A stretch of DNA of 64,000 nucleotides, from contig MU054323.1 of assembly GCA_013239625.1 (NCBI GenBank), positions 7,925,220 through 7,989,219 on the forward strand, given 5' to 3'. The position numbers and the translations under genes were made by a program. Every line of letters begins with the position of its first letter. Position 1 is the stretch's first letter. Shown here piece after piece: positions 37,052 to 51,545 of the stretch. The notes under the pieces are model-generated. The model saw only the letters and a program-made list of their open reading frames with translations, did no database searches and had not been told where the DNA came from. Origin of the DNA: Lama guanicoe (lineage: Eukaryota).

Positions 37052-37572
37052 CAGATCTTCCTTGGCTTATGATAGAGTTACATCCTGATAAACCCATCAT
37101 AAGTTGAAAATCTTGTAAGTTGAAAATGCATTTATACACCTAGTCTACTGACCATCATAGCTTAGCCTAGCCTACCTTAAACATGCTCAGAACAGTTACA
37201 TTAGCCTACAGTTGGGCAAAATCATCCAACACAAGGCCTATTTTATAATAAAGTATTGAATATTATGTATTTTGTTGAGTATTATACTGAAAGTGAAAAA
37301 CAGAATGGTTGTATAGGTACAGGATGGTAGTGAGTGTATTGTGGTTGTGAGTGGTTGTGAGTGTATCGCACCCTCGTGATGGTGTGGCTGCCTGGGAGCT
37401 GTGCCTTGCTGCTGCCCAGCATCACAAGAGAGTGTCATATCACACATCGCTAGCCTAGGGAAAAAACAAAAATTCAGAATTCAAGGTATGCTTTCTACTG
37501 AATTAGTATTGCTTTTGCACCATCCTAAAGTTAAAAATTCATGTTGAACCATGAAAAGTTGGGGACCATCTG
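37052..37572 (+). mobile_element. Non-autonomous TcMar-Tigger DNA transposon (MER47/Tigger5-like)
   Basis: Imperfect TIRs cagatcttcc... / ...ggggaccatctg flanked by TA on both sides; internal atcatagcttagcctagcctaccttaaac. Confidence 0.8.
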
Positions 37573-40500
37573 TATATCTATATATCTATATCCACACACA
37601 TATATATGTGTATAGCATTGGTATAATACATGGCATGTCTTTTATCTGCTTTGGTTTTAGTTGTATGTGTGAAATACAGAATGTGTATCAGCCTAAGAAT
37701 CCTAGCTTTGTTGTTGGGAGGAGCCTTTAAGACCATCGAGTCCAACTCCCATGTTTGTAAATGAGAAATTTTTGGCGGATCAGGGGCTAGGACTCAGATA
37801 TTTTAAGCCCCAGTTCAGCTTCTTATCATACATTGCTAATGAGTGCCCATAGCACTGTGAAATATATAAAAAAGAGCCTTTGAAAAAATTCTGATGTGGT
37901 TAGGAGCCAGTGTGCATATGAAACAGAATGAGAGTCCTTTGGGTGACTGTTCATAATGAATATTATTTTAAATGTGGCTTGTAGCATTAATTTAATTACT
38001 TTATAATATGCTAAACTATTTGGAATAGCCAATTTTTGCACCAGAGGTTGCCATAGAAGTTCAGAAGCAGGAACTACAAGTAACCCAGGTTATCAGAGAA
38101 GACTACTAGGAGATGGAATGTGAACTAGGCCTTGAGGGGTAGGTAAGAATTAGACAGAAGGAGCCACTCACATGGGAGGGTACGTGAATGAAGGGAAACG
38201 GGGTGAAATGAGCAAGGCTGTGAAAGGCTGGGGGCTTGCTCATCCTGCTCCATGTTGAGAGGTAGTGGGAAATACTTGGGGATCATTAAAGTGGAACCAG
38301 GTAAAGCAGGGGCTTTGTTAGAAGAGTTAGGAATTTGAATTTTATCTGTAAGTGTACAAAAGGAATGTGTAGTCATTTCTTAAAAAGTGGAATGACATGA
38401 TGTCATGTCATCTGACTTTTCCTTTCATCACTTTATTTTCTCCAAGGTCTGTCACAAGTAATCTTCAAACTTAGTGGCCTTTTTTCAGTCCTCATTCTCC
38501 TTGAATGTTGAAATGTTTGACTATCACCTGCTCCTTGATACTCTCTTGCCTTTGCTCTCATGCTCTCGATTGTCCTACTGCCTCTCCCGTTTACCTTCTG
38601 TCCTACATCTTCCCTCTGCCCTCTAAATGTGGGGAGATAGCAAAGCCAGGAGTCTTTTGGTGTAAGAAACCCGCTCAAGTTAAGGATAAGAGGCCTCAAA
38701 TAGTACAGCTGGGGAGACATTAGGAACCAAGCAGCTCAAGAGGCAGCTACTTTGTCTCATGAATGGCCACGTGGGGTGTCACTTTTCTGCTCTTTCTATT
38801 TCTCCTTTTATATTCCCCTTCACTCTTCTTGCTGACTTCTTTGCTGACTCAGAGTTTTTGCTGCCCCATAACTCTGACTTACAGATGACTTCAGTTTCCC
38901 ATCAACCTGATTCTTCCTGATGGCATCCTTTCAGCTTCAACTAATTGGTATTTCTCTCCATGCTCTGCTTAGATTCCTAAGAGAGAGAATCTAACTGGCA
39001 CAGCTCATCACTTGTAGGTAGATGACATGGGTTACTGGTTGGCCGCTCTATGGATTGATTTTTGGTGGTCTGGTACCCACCCTGAATCTAATCAGCGTTG
39101 GCTCTGGACTTAGGGACATGGTGTCTTAGGTGGGATGTCTTAGGTGAGCTTAGGGGTATGGCTAAAGGGCAGCTCCCTTTAGAGGGGGCTGTGGGTGAAC
39201 AGACACTGCAAAATAGGCCTCTGCTTTTCTTCTGTATTCTGAGTATATCTCCTGGTTCTCCCAGCTACACCTCATTTCTCTTAAGAGCTTTAATTTCACA
39301 TTTTCTAGCTATATGTCAAATAGACAGATCGACCTGGGTATCTCTCCATCACCTCAAAGTTTGCACGTTTCAAATTGACATTATTTTTCTTCCAAAACCA
39401 ATTCTGTACTATACTGCTACAGTACAGAATACTTCTGTAGTGTAGAGTAGCTAGGTTTCCTTAGTCTCTAAGCTTCCTTCATAATCCTCTTTTCCTTACT
39501 TTCCATATCTGATTGGTCACCAAGATACATAGTCTTTATAAAATCTCTTGTATTGGTCACTTCCTTTCCATTTTCATTGATACTGCCTTTATCTTGGCCT
39601 TTAGCATCACAGGCTTGGTTTTGCCAGTCTCCTCGCTAATCTCCCTGTGCCTTTATCTCCTTCACCAATTTATTACAGCTGCCAGGAGAATCTTTGTACC
39701 CTACTTTATCATGACTCTTAGCTTTGATTACTGTTTCCTTGAAGTTGGTTGTAGATGTTTGTCATAAATAATTCTCTATGGCATATGTGGGTCTGGTAAG
39801 GTGATTGTTAAAATTTTACTCCTTATACTTTAGGATTTTTCTCTATCTCTGGAAATGAAGAGTGATGATAACAGATGAATTTCAACACTAACAACAATAA
39901 GAAAAGAATAAGATATTTCTAGATACACAAACACAGAGAGGTCTTCAAGCTATATCATTTAGTTAGAAAAGTAAACATAATACACAAGTGTGTGCATGTA
40001 GATGCATCAAAAGAAAGTATATGCACCAAATTAGCAGTATTTACCTCTGGGAAGGAAGTTATATGGCAGGAGAGGGCATAAAGAGGGAACTTTAGTTTTA
40101 CTATCCGTATTTTAGTATTGTTCATTTTTCTCTTTTTTTGAACCACCAGCATATATGCCCATTTTTTTAAACTAAAAAATTATAGAAAGATTGCCTTTTT
40201 GATGTTAGAAAATAATGAGACAAATTGAGTCAGATGGAATCAGGAAGCATTCTAGGTTTTTCCAGAGTGGCAATAGTCACCAACCAAACAGTTGTTGTTT
40301 CTACATAGAAAGACAAGAATATTAAGCTGTGTGGACAGTAAACAGTATCAGTTATTGCAGCTTCTAATTTTGAGGGCAGAATTATTGGTTGCTTTCAATG
40401 CGATAGATTGTCAAGCACTTGATAAAAAGAAACAATTTGTTAATAGCATAAATAACCTCATTATTAGGTATAATCTCAGTATTTACCTTAACTATTATTT

Positions 40501-40686
40501 GGAAACTTATAAATGCCAGTTAATTTCTTAGTTTTTTTTTTTTTAGTTGAATTGGCTTGTTAAGTGGCAAATGCAACTTGGCATTGAATGATAAAAATTC
40601 TTCTTAGAATGTCTGTCTTTAAAAATGTAAAAAGTCATCTGACTTCATTTATTTTAATTAATTATTGTTTGAACTTTATCTTAAAG

Positions 40687-40786
40687 ATGTCCAGACCAAA
40701 TCAAAGAAAACCTTGGCCAAACCCAGCGTAAGGAATATTGTGGTGGTGGATGGTGTTCGCACTCCATTTTTGCTGTCAGGCACTTC
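40687..40786 (+). CDS. HADHB: HADHB exon 4 (100 nt)
   Basis: (D)[32 protein letters not shown](S), with the thiolase RTPF motif; aag/gtaagt. Confidence 0.96.
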
Positions 40787-40912
40787 GTAAGTATGAAATG
40801 ACTGCGCTACTTGTCATTTCTTCTTTTTTCCCCCCAGCTTTACTGAGGTATAAACAAATAAAATCTGTATATTTAGGTGCAGTGATTTTTTTTAAGGTAT
40901 ACAGTGTGATGG

Positions 40913-40916
<4 letters not shown>

Positions 40917-40953
<37 letters not shown>
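40917..40953. repeat. (AC)18 microsatellite within an antisense L1 3'-end fragment (~40825-41010)
   Basis: Read directly from the sequence. Confidence 0.95.
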
Positions 40954-40955
<2 letters not shown>

Positions 40956-42169
40956 GAAATGCTTACCACAATCAAGTTAATTAACTAACACATCCATCAC
41001 CCCATGTGGTTTATTTATTCCTTGTCTTAAGGCACTTTCAAAAGTGATCTTCATGACTATAACCCTGTAGGAATACTGTTGATAGTAGACTAGTATATGA
41101 ATAACATTTTCATAAAATTGATACAGAAAAAGTCAAGCCAGTGGTGAAATAATATGGCAAAATTTGTTTTTTATCCTTTCTCATAAGCAAGCCTAGTATA
41201 ATGCTGGATTGAACCAGCCCTATTTTGAAAAGCTAGTGTGGGACCAGATAGCTTGTTTCCAACAGAGATATTCTTTCCTTGTCTGGAAATAAGTACATTG
41301 TTTCTTTGCCTCTTCAGAAGTTTGATTACTGAGGATGTGAGCCTATTTATTCCTTTTGTTGTTTTTTTATTGTTGTGTTTTAGTTTAATTTAAGATCCTA
41401 ATTGAGAAAGAAGCCAAAGTTCATGAGCAATTTAGTGGTATAAGGAAGAGAAGGACTTTCAAAAATATAAGACATTATGGTTAATAGAGAAGAAAGAATA
41501 AAAATGTTAAGGCAGTCTTCAGTTAAAGAACAAAGTGACTAAAACTAATATAGAGGGAAAACTCTAAAGAAGACAAACTGTTTAGTCATGTTATTAGTGT
41601 TATGACCGAGATGACAAATGAGTCTTCTATAAAAGAAGATCATTTTCTAGGTGGAAAAAAAACTTTTTCTATTTAATTTGAAGAAGCTTTGCTTTCAATT
41701 GAGTGACATTTGAAAGACCAGGTTCTTAACTTAGAGGTAGAAGGTATTTTGGAAGCACTCCTAGAAATAAACTCCAGCACTAGAATTTGGGAGTCTGTCA
41801 GTCATCCTGGCCGAAAGAGGTATCGGAGCATGAGAATAAAGATTGTAAAATGGTAAATAATTTATGGTTTATACATTTTAAAATTGACACACAACTTTTC
41901 TTCAAATAATTCTGCTCTAAGTTTGAGGGAACTCATTTTACCTATGAAAGATTTTGAGAACTGTTGATGGTTCTTTTGTGAGTCAGAGTAAAGTAAAAAT
42001 ATTTTTGGCTTTTTAGGTTTTAATTTTCAGGAATTTAAAGAATGAATATTCTTATTTAACCCAATGGTTAAATCTTTGACTTAAAAGGAATTTATTTTTT
42101 TACATTTAAACAAACAAACAGAGTTCACATCCAGATCTTTCTAAATACTCATTCTTTCTTAGAGGGAAC

Positions 42170-43300
42170 CAGGCTTTCTAGAAGAATGACTAGGGCTGGG
42201 CCAGAGAAAATACAGGATGAACCTGGAGCATTTTGTAGTACCAGCAAGTAAAGAAGTACTTAAAAGAAAAAAAAGGGACATGTCAAAAGGACACAGGACC
42301 AATCTGAAATAGCTTCAGATAACTGAAACTGGGACAGTTTGATCAATAAAATAAATGTAATAGTGTTACATCATAACCCAAAGAATAAATTAAATATCTA
42401 TGAGTCCAATGTGATATAAATAAATGATTGAATAAAGAAATAAATGAGAGAGAAAAGACAAATCTTTTTTACAGAAGAATTTCAATCAATAAATACAGAA
42501 GGAATGAGGAAAATAAATAAATCACCATTAGAACTCACAGGAATAAGGACTGCAACCAGGATCTATAGAATGCTATGAAGTTAGTTGGTGACTGCTAAAT
42601 GAATGCTAAAGTTAGGGGGTGAGAAATGTTAAGAAACAAGATATTTCCATAGCCTCAGACTCTCTCCCCTCAAATATTTGTTAATTACTTTGATGATTTT
42701 AGCATGTGTCCACAAATTCTTTGTTACTTTTTCCACTGGGAAGTGGAGAGTAATTCTTCTCCCCTTGAGTAAGGGCCAGAGTAGTGACTCACTTAACAGA
42801 CTGAGTTTAGAAAGGGAAAAATAGTAGAGAAAATTGGCAGACACTACTTTAACCAGGTGATTAAGTTAACATCACCAGTAATAAGTCATGTTGTTACCAT
42901 GTACACTCTTAAGAAACAATGGGAAGGGCACTTTATGTCTGTAATACTCGCCCTACCCCAATCCATAACCCTAGTCTTCCAAGTGTCAAGGTCAAGAATG
43001 ACAAGGAAAGACTAAGAAACTATCACAGATAGAGGAGATGTATGAGGCATGACAACTACATACATGAATTGGATCCTGGAACAGACCAATAAAAAGGATT
43101 AGTGCAAAAACTGATGAGATCCAGATAAAGTTAGTAGCTTAGGGAATAATGCCAGTATTAATTTCTTAGTTTTGACAAGTACATCATGGTTATATAAGGT
43201 ATTAGCGTTAGACTAAGCAGGGTAAAGGTATACAGGAACTCATTTCTGTCTTTCCAATTCTTTTGTAAACCTCAAGTTACTTCAAAACAAAATTCTCTTA
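42170..43300 (+). mobile_element. Old LINE-1 3' UTR (L1MC/L1MD-like)
   Basis: Motifs ttaaccaggtgattaagttaacatcaccagtaat, ggatcctggaacag, ttaatttcttagttttgacaa. Confidence 0.65.
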
Positions 43301-43678
43301 AGAAGTTCTTATATATATATCCCTAGTGTCCCTTTAGACATCACAAAATAAATAATGAATTTTTTTTAAATAAAGGTGGACTTAAAAGATGGGGTTTAGT
43401 TTTAAAGAATATTTAACATATGTCATGCTGAGCAATAAGATAGTGGCAAGATTTGTTAGATTCTTAGCCAGCTCAGTAAGAGTCAAAGCTTGTCAGATTT
43501 TTAAGGATGTGACAGATAGCAAAGTCACTATTTCTTTATTTGGAGTGATGAACTGCCTTAGGTAGTAAAGTGCATTTGCAGTAGTAAATGATTTCTTTAG
43601 GTATTTCAAACAGAATGAAAAACATTTTTTATTAAAACTCTAGGCTTTTTATTTAAATTATATATTTTCTTTCCCCAG

Positions 43679-43723
43679 ATATAAAGACCTGATGCCACAT
43701 GATTTGGCTAGAGCAGCACTTTT
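43679..43723 (+). CDS. HADHB: HADHB exon 5 (45 nt)
   Basis: YKDLMPHDLARAAL(L); cag/gtaagt. Confidence 0.96.
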
Positions 43724-44069
43724 GTAAGTAAATAGAGTTTCATTTTAGTTCTTATTTCATTAAAAGTACTTTTCTCCAGTTTTTACACTTGAAGAAGCAT
43801 GCTTAGTAGAATTTCCATATCTAAGATATGTTATCTTTTATGTGGTAAGAAAAAAAAACACTAGATTTTACAAGATTCATTTATTCATTTTAGCTATACA
43901 TGCTATACAAATTCAAGCAGCTGGTGAATGTCAGCGACCTTTATTTTGCAGGCTTGATAATCTCTTGGTATTCTTTAATGAGTACTGAAGCTTAGCTGCA
44001 CATTATAAACAATGTAGGACTAGATTGATCATACAATACATATGTTTGATGATCATCTTAGGAACTTTA

Positions 44070-44200
44070 TTACTGTACAAGGATAGCCGAACAAATTACG
44101 CAAATGCAGATGCAGAACCTGTGGATACAGAGGACCAGCTGTACTATGCTGTTTTATTTAAGGGACGTGAGGGTCCTCAGATTTTAGTGTTTCTGGTAGA
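44070..44200. mobile_element. MER2/Tigger-like DNA transposon fragment
   Basis: gcagatgcagaacctgtggatacagaggaccagctgtactatgctgttttatttaagggacgtgag. Confidence 0.5.
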
Positions 44201-44999
44201 AGTAGGGGTGGAGAGACGGCTGGGGGAGATGCAATGTCTTTATCTGGAAAGAAGCCTAGCATGAGGCCTGAAGATTCATGTGCAAACCAAATGAAAATAT
44301 AAAATTAAATCTAGTTACATGAGATTGAGATGGAAGAATAATTTGATGAGAGTCAACATGTAGGGCATTATTCATTTTCCATTGATGCTTTGCCTTTGTG
44401 CCTTCGACCGGCCACAGGTCTTTCCTAGTTTGGAAAATTCTCATCTTGTTCTGTTTGTCCTATCCATTTTTTCTCCTTAATCCCATATTAACTGCTTCCA
44501 TTTCCATTGCCCTAGAGTAACTATACTTTGCAAGCTTCTGTTAATAATGAGTCTGTGATCATGAGATGCACCAATTTTGTCTCAGGCCTCAGTGTCTTTG
44601 TCTTCTGTAGCATTTGACACTGTCAGCTGTACTTGAAACTGTCTTCCTTTGACTTCTTAATGTTATGCCTTTATGATTTTTCTTTCATCTGCTAACTAAT
44701 TCTTCTCTACTTTTTAAGAAACTGGATCTCTTTCTCTTTTATCAAGATATTTTGCAAGTTTCAGTCCTAAGCTTTGCATTTCTCTGTATGCATGCTTTTC
44801 CTTAAAAACCTCACCTACTTAATCTTTATTTTTTATGTAGAGGACTCCCAGATCTCTAAATTTGACCTCTTTTCTTAGGCTCCTCAAGCTCTGCATGTAA
44901 AAAATAAAAATTATCTTCTCCCTGAAATCAGCTTATTTTCCTATTTCTAATAATGGTGCTATTTCTGATTATGGTCCCATGCTGGAGATTTGCAAATTT

Positions 45000-46320
45000 T
45001 TCCTCAACTTTTTGTTTTTAAAAATGTCAAATATACAATAAAATTGAAAGAGTAATACAGTGAACACCTAATTACCCCTCACCTAGGTTTAATAATTGTT
45101 ATTATTTTGCTGTATTTTCTATATCTATGTGGTTTGAAGCATTTGATGGTAAGTTTCAGGCATCTTGATCTTCAGCCCTAAATACTTCAGCTAATACCTA
45201 AATACTCTTAAGAGTGAAGATGTTCTCTGCTATCCACAATACCATTACCATAGCTAAGATAACTTTGATTCTGTAACTTCTAATATCCAGTGCATAGTCA
45301 AAACCCCCTTACTTATTTCAAAAATGTCTTTTCTTGTAATAGTTTTTTCCCCCCAAACCAGGATCCACTCAAGTTTCATATTACAAATGGATATGTCTCT
45401 TTAGTCCTTTTAACTGAGGACATTCTCCCTTCCATCCACCTATGACAGTGACTTTTTGAAAAATCCAGGCCAGCTGTCCTGTGGAATGTCCCACATTCTG
45501 GATGTTTCCTCGTAGTGATATTTAACTTTCCTCTGTGAATTTCCTGTAAACTGGAAGTTAGATCTCTGAGCTTGATTAGATTCAGGTTAAACATATTTTT
45601 AGTAAGAATGCTTCATGAGTAAACTGCATGGGTATTGCATCATGTCAAGAGGCACATGGTGTGTAATGCTAAATCCAACCACTAGTCATGGGGGTCAGAC
45701 CACCAGATCTTTGTATTATAAAGGTACGTTTTTTCCTTTGCAATTAGTAAATTATCTGTAAAGTGATATCTTAGCATCATGTGAGCATCTTGTTCTCCAA
45801 CAGCCTTTGACCAAATGGTGTTAGCATTGATAAGTTTTGCCTAGGTCAGTTATTATATTAGAAATTTCAAAATTGTGATTTTGCTAATTCTTTCATTTCT
45901 CTTACATTTATTGGTTGTTATTTTTCTGTAAAGAGCCACTTTCCCTTTTTTTTTTTAACTTTTAAATGATGTAGAATTACAGATTTTTATTTGAATTTGT
46001 GTTATAGCCAAGCTTGGTCACTGTTCTTTTTGAAGCTCAGATTATCCCATAGGGAGCTCCTTCAAGTTGGCTCCTATGTCCCTTTTGTTTTTTAGTATAA
46101 TATTGTTTTTTGAGTATAATTTGCATACATTAAATGCACAGGTTTTTAAGTAGATTGTTTGATGAGTTTTGACAAATGTGTATGTATACCCTTGTTCCTG
46201 TTTTTTATATGATCTCATCTTTGAGTGTTTCTGGCGCTTGGACTTGGCCTCAGTCATTTTTTAAAAAGCTAATTCCTTTACTAGTAAATGGCATTTAGAA
46301 ACCAAGTCTGAGTTCAAGAT
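45000..46320 (-). mobile_element. Old LINE-1 3' UTR (L1MC4/5-like)
   Basis: agaatgtcccacattctggat-like motif, gattagattcaggttaaacat, gggagctccttcaagttggctcctatgtc, ggcatttagaaaccaag. Confidence 0.65.
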
Positions 46321-46981
46321 GTGCTGCTAGTCCCTAACAGTGGGCAGAACAAGAAAAATATATATTCTTTAGATTGTGAAACTCAAATTTAACATGCCTG
46401 GGATTTTACTTCATCTCTTTAATTTTCTATTTGTTTTTCTTTTTGACTGAAAACTTTGGCTTACATATCTATTTTATCCTGTATCAAATTTTTTCTTTTA
46501 TTTTTTAATTGGGGTATACTTGATTTACAATAGTGTATTAATTTCAGGTGTACAGCATAGTGATTCAAAATTTTTATGGATTATATTTCAAATTATTTTT
46601 AATTAAAAAATCTTTATTTATTGAAAGCTTCTTTAAATTCTATAGTGCTTTACCATTTTTAAAGCTTCCACACACATAATTTCATATAATCCCATAATAA
46701 CCCTTTTCCCCCTCAAGCCCTATGTTGCCCCTCCCGCATTCCAAATTATTTTTGATTCTTCCTATTTTAACTTCTCATTGCCAGTTAAGCATCAGACATT
46801 GACTTTCTAAATCAGTTTTTCATTTCATTGATAAAGTGCCACATGCTTGCCAGATTGAGGAAAAGATACCGTTTTAAATTCAAGGTTAGCCTTTTTAAAG
46901 AACTGTGGTGTTTTATGGGATGATCTGTGATCCTATCTTGAATGTGTGGAATGAGTCTTTGCTTTGGACTTCTGCTCACAG

Positions 46982-47081
46982 GGGTTTGTTGCATCAGACC
47001 AGTGTCCCAAAGGATGTTGTTGATTATATCATCGTTGGCACAGTCATACAGGAAGTGAAAACCAGCAATGTGGCTAGGGAG
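46982..47081 (+). CDS. HADHB: HADHB exon 6 (100 nt)
   Basis: [33 protein letters not shown]; cag/gtgagt. Confidence 0.97.
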
Positions 47082-50000
47082 GTGAGTAAAACCAACTTTA
47101 TGTTGTTTAAAGAGATTGCTAGGAGAATCAATCTGAATTTTAATTAATACAGTTTACTCTAAAAGTTACTAAAATAGTTACGTTTGACTTAAATGTGATT
47201 TTACTACTTGAATTATTTCATATTTAAAAGAACTATAGTATAAATCAGATGACATGCTATACTAGTATATATTTATACTATACTATAAATCAAATCAATT
47301 ATTTGACTTATTTTGGTATATATTAATTTGTTTCTCTCTTAGGAAAATAAAGATTATGGTAAAGTAGGGCTGATGTAACTTTTAGTAATGTTAGTGTGGC
47401 TTCTAATTAACTTAAAATTTCAACATTTTACAGAGAACTTATTTCATAACATAGTTTTTATTGGAGTTAGCTTGTTCATTTGTTCTCATTGACTAGATGA
47501 CACATAGGTCAGTTTTTATTAAAAACTTAAGGAGTTTACTTTTACCCTAGTTGGCAAAGCCCCATGTAGTGTTTATTGAGCAACCGAGATAATGACAGGC
47601 CTTGGAGCTCCTGTGGCATGTCCTACAGGAATTTCATAATGAATAGTCCAAACACATTTTCTGGGCTTTGTTTCAATTTGAAAGTGACTATTTGGATAAA
47701 GTTGGCAACAAAGCACATTTCAGTGTGCTAAGCATTTTCTCTGTTTCTGGTTTGTGCTAGCCATGTTACTGTTTTCAGGATAGTTGAAAGGGCAGCAACT
47801 TTCTTCACTGTCAGCCAAGAGAAGGGAAGATGAACAGGACTGAAAGGACTTGTTTCACCCCACCTTTTTACTTGCCAGTAAATGTTAATGCTGGAGGTCT
47901 GGTGTTACCAAAGGCCACAAAAATCAACTACTGTATATTGTCAGGGAGGCAGGAAAGAATTAAGAGCAGGGAAAGGTTTTTTTTTTCCCTTCCTGTTTTT
48001 TTGTTTTTCCTTGGACCTTCACACTTCTAAATGTATCAAATAGGACAATTTTGTGAGTATATCAAGCTATTCATAGTATATTTTCAGCTTTTATATTCTG
48101 AAAAAAACAAAATGACTCATAAAAGCACTTAAAAAGTAAATATTAAATCTGTTTTGGTTTTCTTTATATTTCTATTCTATCCCAGCATTAAAGCCATAAT
48201 GGGTTTTTTCTCTAAATTTTTTTCTGGAAATTTTTTATGCATATGCAAATGTCAGCTATTGGTTGACATGCAGTGGATTCCCTCTCCCTGCCCTGTACTG
48301 ATACTAAAGGCTAAGTTGCAGGAATAGGTTTCAAGAAAGTCTCTCTAAAGTTGTTTTGTAACCTAAAAGCTACCAGCTAGAGAATTTTTTTAAGAGCCTG
48401 TTTTCTGTATTAATAATGTGATAATGAAATCCTGAAAGGCTTCTGGTGCTGAGTTCCCTTGAACCTGGCTCTTGCGAAAAGCCTCAGCATATCTGCCTGT
48501 TCTCCAGCTTTAACTAAGAGGCATCTTCCTCCTTTCCTCTCATTGTGCTGTCTAGACCTAAGCTTGCCTTGAGTTCACCAGCAACTACTTCTATTTAAAG
48601 ATCCCTCAGTCCTGAGAGTCAACTGGGACCAAAGGACACATGCCAGGAAGGACCTCATGAGGATTAGGCCAGTGTAACCTGAGTGCCCTCCTTCCCGGTC
48701 ACCTAGAGGCTGGCCTCTCTCTTCCTTTTGGTCTGGTTCACATTGAGAGGCTGACATGCAGTTGCCAGGGAGTATTTACAATGAAGTGTTCAGCACTTAG
48801 TATCAGGCCTACTTAGAAAGACCAGGATAAGGATCATGTTGCACGTACACCACTGTAACACATTACTGCCTCTTTGGATTATGGTAAATAATGGTGAATA
48901 TGGTAAATAGTACAGGTAGTACAAGTATAAAGGCAAAAATCAGTTAAGAAACATTGAACCATTTTTAACCTTGACTTTGGAAACATGGTTATCTTACCAA
49001 ATTATAGGAAATAGATCTTGTATTCTGAGGATAGTTAAATAGTTCAGAAAAAGGCCAGTAAACATGAATTCCTGTAATGGGAACCAGAATTTCATAGTAA
49101 ATGTGGTGGTGATGAGATGGGGTGTTGAGAGCTTTGTTTTTAAAATTTAATATTACAGAAATAAATTTTATTGCTGCACCTATACATTGATTCTTTACAT
49201 AAACAAAAATGGAATCAGGCACTCATTGGTTTTTTGGCAGCAGATTTTCCTCAATAAATAGTCTAATAAAGTAATAGATGTTCCCGTTTCATTTTTGACT
49301 TTTACTGTGCCGTCATAACAGAGACCATTTTTGCCAGATTAATGGAGAGCCTCAGTTCTTCACAAGGCCCCTCAAATTATTCTCTTTTGAAGCACAGATT
49401 ATGTCATCACCCTGACCAGTTTTCTCTTTTCCAGTTGTTAGCTGGTCTAACTCTTACTTGTCAGAGGCTCACTTGTGGCTCAAGCAGTTTTCCAAAATTT
49501 CTCTCATCGATGTCAACTCCTGCATACTTGGCACGTTTTCCAGTTCGACTTTGCATTGGGTCTCCAGTGTGCTGTCTATGCTGTCAGGCAGCCAGTGAAT
49601 GTGGAGATTGCAGAGTGGGCAGGGACCTGGGTGGGGAGCTGTTGACGAGAGGTCAATTTTTAGAAACTATTTTCATGTTTGATGACTTTTGCTTTACTAC
49701 TAAGCCTCATAACTGCAGGAACACTGGTCACGAGGACCCCTCCCCATGATACATTTCATCGTTCTGTCAACCATATTTAATAGGTTTACTTTAGGTTTAT
49801 TTGAAAATTTAAACAAGTTAAAATCAAATTGCATGCTGATATCCTTAAAGGCTCTGAGAAAAGCATTGCTAAGAAAGACATGAGGTGAGATACAAGAGGA
49901 CCTAGGCTTGTAAACTCTCCGAGAAAACAGCTACAAGGAATTTGGCAGTGTGTTTATGAATTACTGGCTAAATGAAAAATTAGACCATTTCTGTGATGGC

Positions 50001-50101
50001 CTTCATTTTATTTTAAATATTTCTCTGTGGAATATTAAACTCAAATCCTTCCCTGATTTACCACACAGTGAAGTAGTGCTTAAAGCATCATTTACATGTA
50101 G

Positions 50102-50245
<144 letters not shown>

Positions 50246-51357
50246 TGAAAGCAGAAAGTACGTGTTAGTTCTCCTTTGTCTTTTCTATGAGCATTAAAAA
50301 CCCCTCTTACCAGAAAGAAATGATCTCTGAATTTATGTGTCTTTAAAAGTAAGGTAACATTTAAATTTTTTTGTTTTTGATAGTAGTTCTTACCTTTTCT
50401 TGCTCTCCATACATGAGGGACACAACCATTCATGTAGTTTCTCCACCAGTAGTGTGGCTGGCTACATCAGGGATTAAGTGAAGGGGTATGTCTCTAGAAG
50501 GGTGCTTCTGAATTTGAGGCATGAAGAGTTTATAACCTGCTAGGTTTTAAAGTTGGGTGATTCTGATATGTACTTCCCCATAAAGGTTGTGGCCTTCTTC
50601 CCTCCACCATCACCATGGTGACAAATCACTGCTTTTGATGGTACAGCTCTCCTCTACTTTCTCCCTACATCTTGACATTTTTATAATTAGTTACATATTC
50701 TCCTAACTTAGCAAAACTGTGGGACATTTTGTAGCATCAGCCTTAATTGTGAAAAGACGGGAAACCTGAAACACAGTAATCACGTGCTCTCTTAGTAACA
50801 TCAAGACCAGGTTGACAAGTCCACCTCCCGGGTGGCAGGGAATGAAGCCAGAGGCAGTGATAAGGGGCATTCTCCACTCCACGCAGCCTGTGACCACTTC
50901 CTGTTAGAGCAACGAAATACTTGCCAGGAGCCATAAAGGGGGCGGGCTGGGGGGCTGCCTTACATCTGAAAGCCAGAATTTCTCTACCTTGTAGTGGAAA
51001 TTGAAATTCTCTTTATAGGAAAAAAGTCTTTACCGAAACTTAAGCTGGGAACATATAAAATATGCCAAAAGTTCTGGTTTAGAGTATGATTTGTTTGAGA
51101 ATTGGTCCAATGGATACTTCTGAAAGTTGATGACCATATGACCTAAATGAAACTTGTTTTTCTCTAGTGCAGTGAATGTATTTCTAATCATTTTAAAATA
51201 TTATCTTAATCCCTCTGGAAAGATAAAAACTCTTAATTACAATTGTTGTATAATGCTGATAACTGTTGTACAATTTTTTAATCAAGAAGCTTAAATTATC
51301 AACGTCCTGCTAATTTCTTTCAAAGATGCTCATATCTGTATGAACTGTGCCCTGTAG

Positions 51358-51545
51358 GTGTCGGCTTGATTGCTTCTGGCCAGTGTGATGTGGTCGTGGC
51401 AGGTGGTATAGAGTTAATGTCCGATGTCCCTATTCGTCATTCAAGGAAAATGAGGAAAATGATGCTTGATCTTAATAAGGCCAAGACCCTTGGACAGCGG
51501 CTATCTTTAATCTCTAAATTCAGATTGAATTTCTTGTCACCTGAG
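51358..51545 (+). CDS. HADHB: HADHB exon 8 (188 nt)
   Basis: [62 protein letters not shown]; tag/gtaaga. Confidence 0.97.

Noticed and set aside
49342..49749. 135-aa ORF in HADHB intron 6
   Set aside because: No recognisable domain or exon structure. The opposite strand weakly resembles a decayed Tigger transposase tail (DIDERNFGKLLE...EPLT), too weak to list as a feature.
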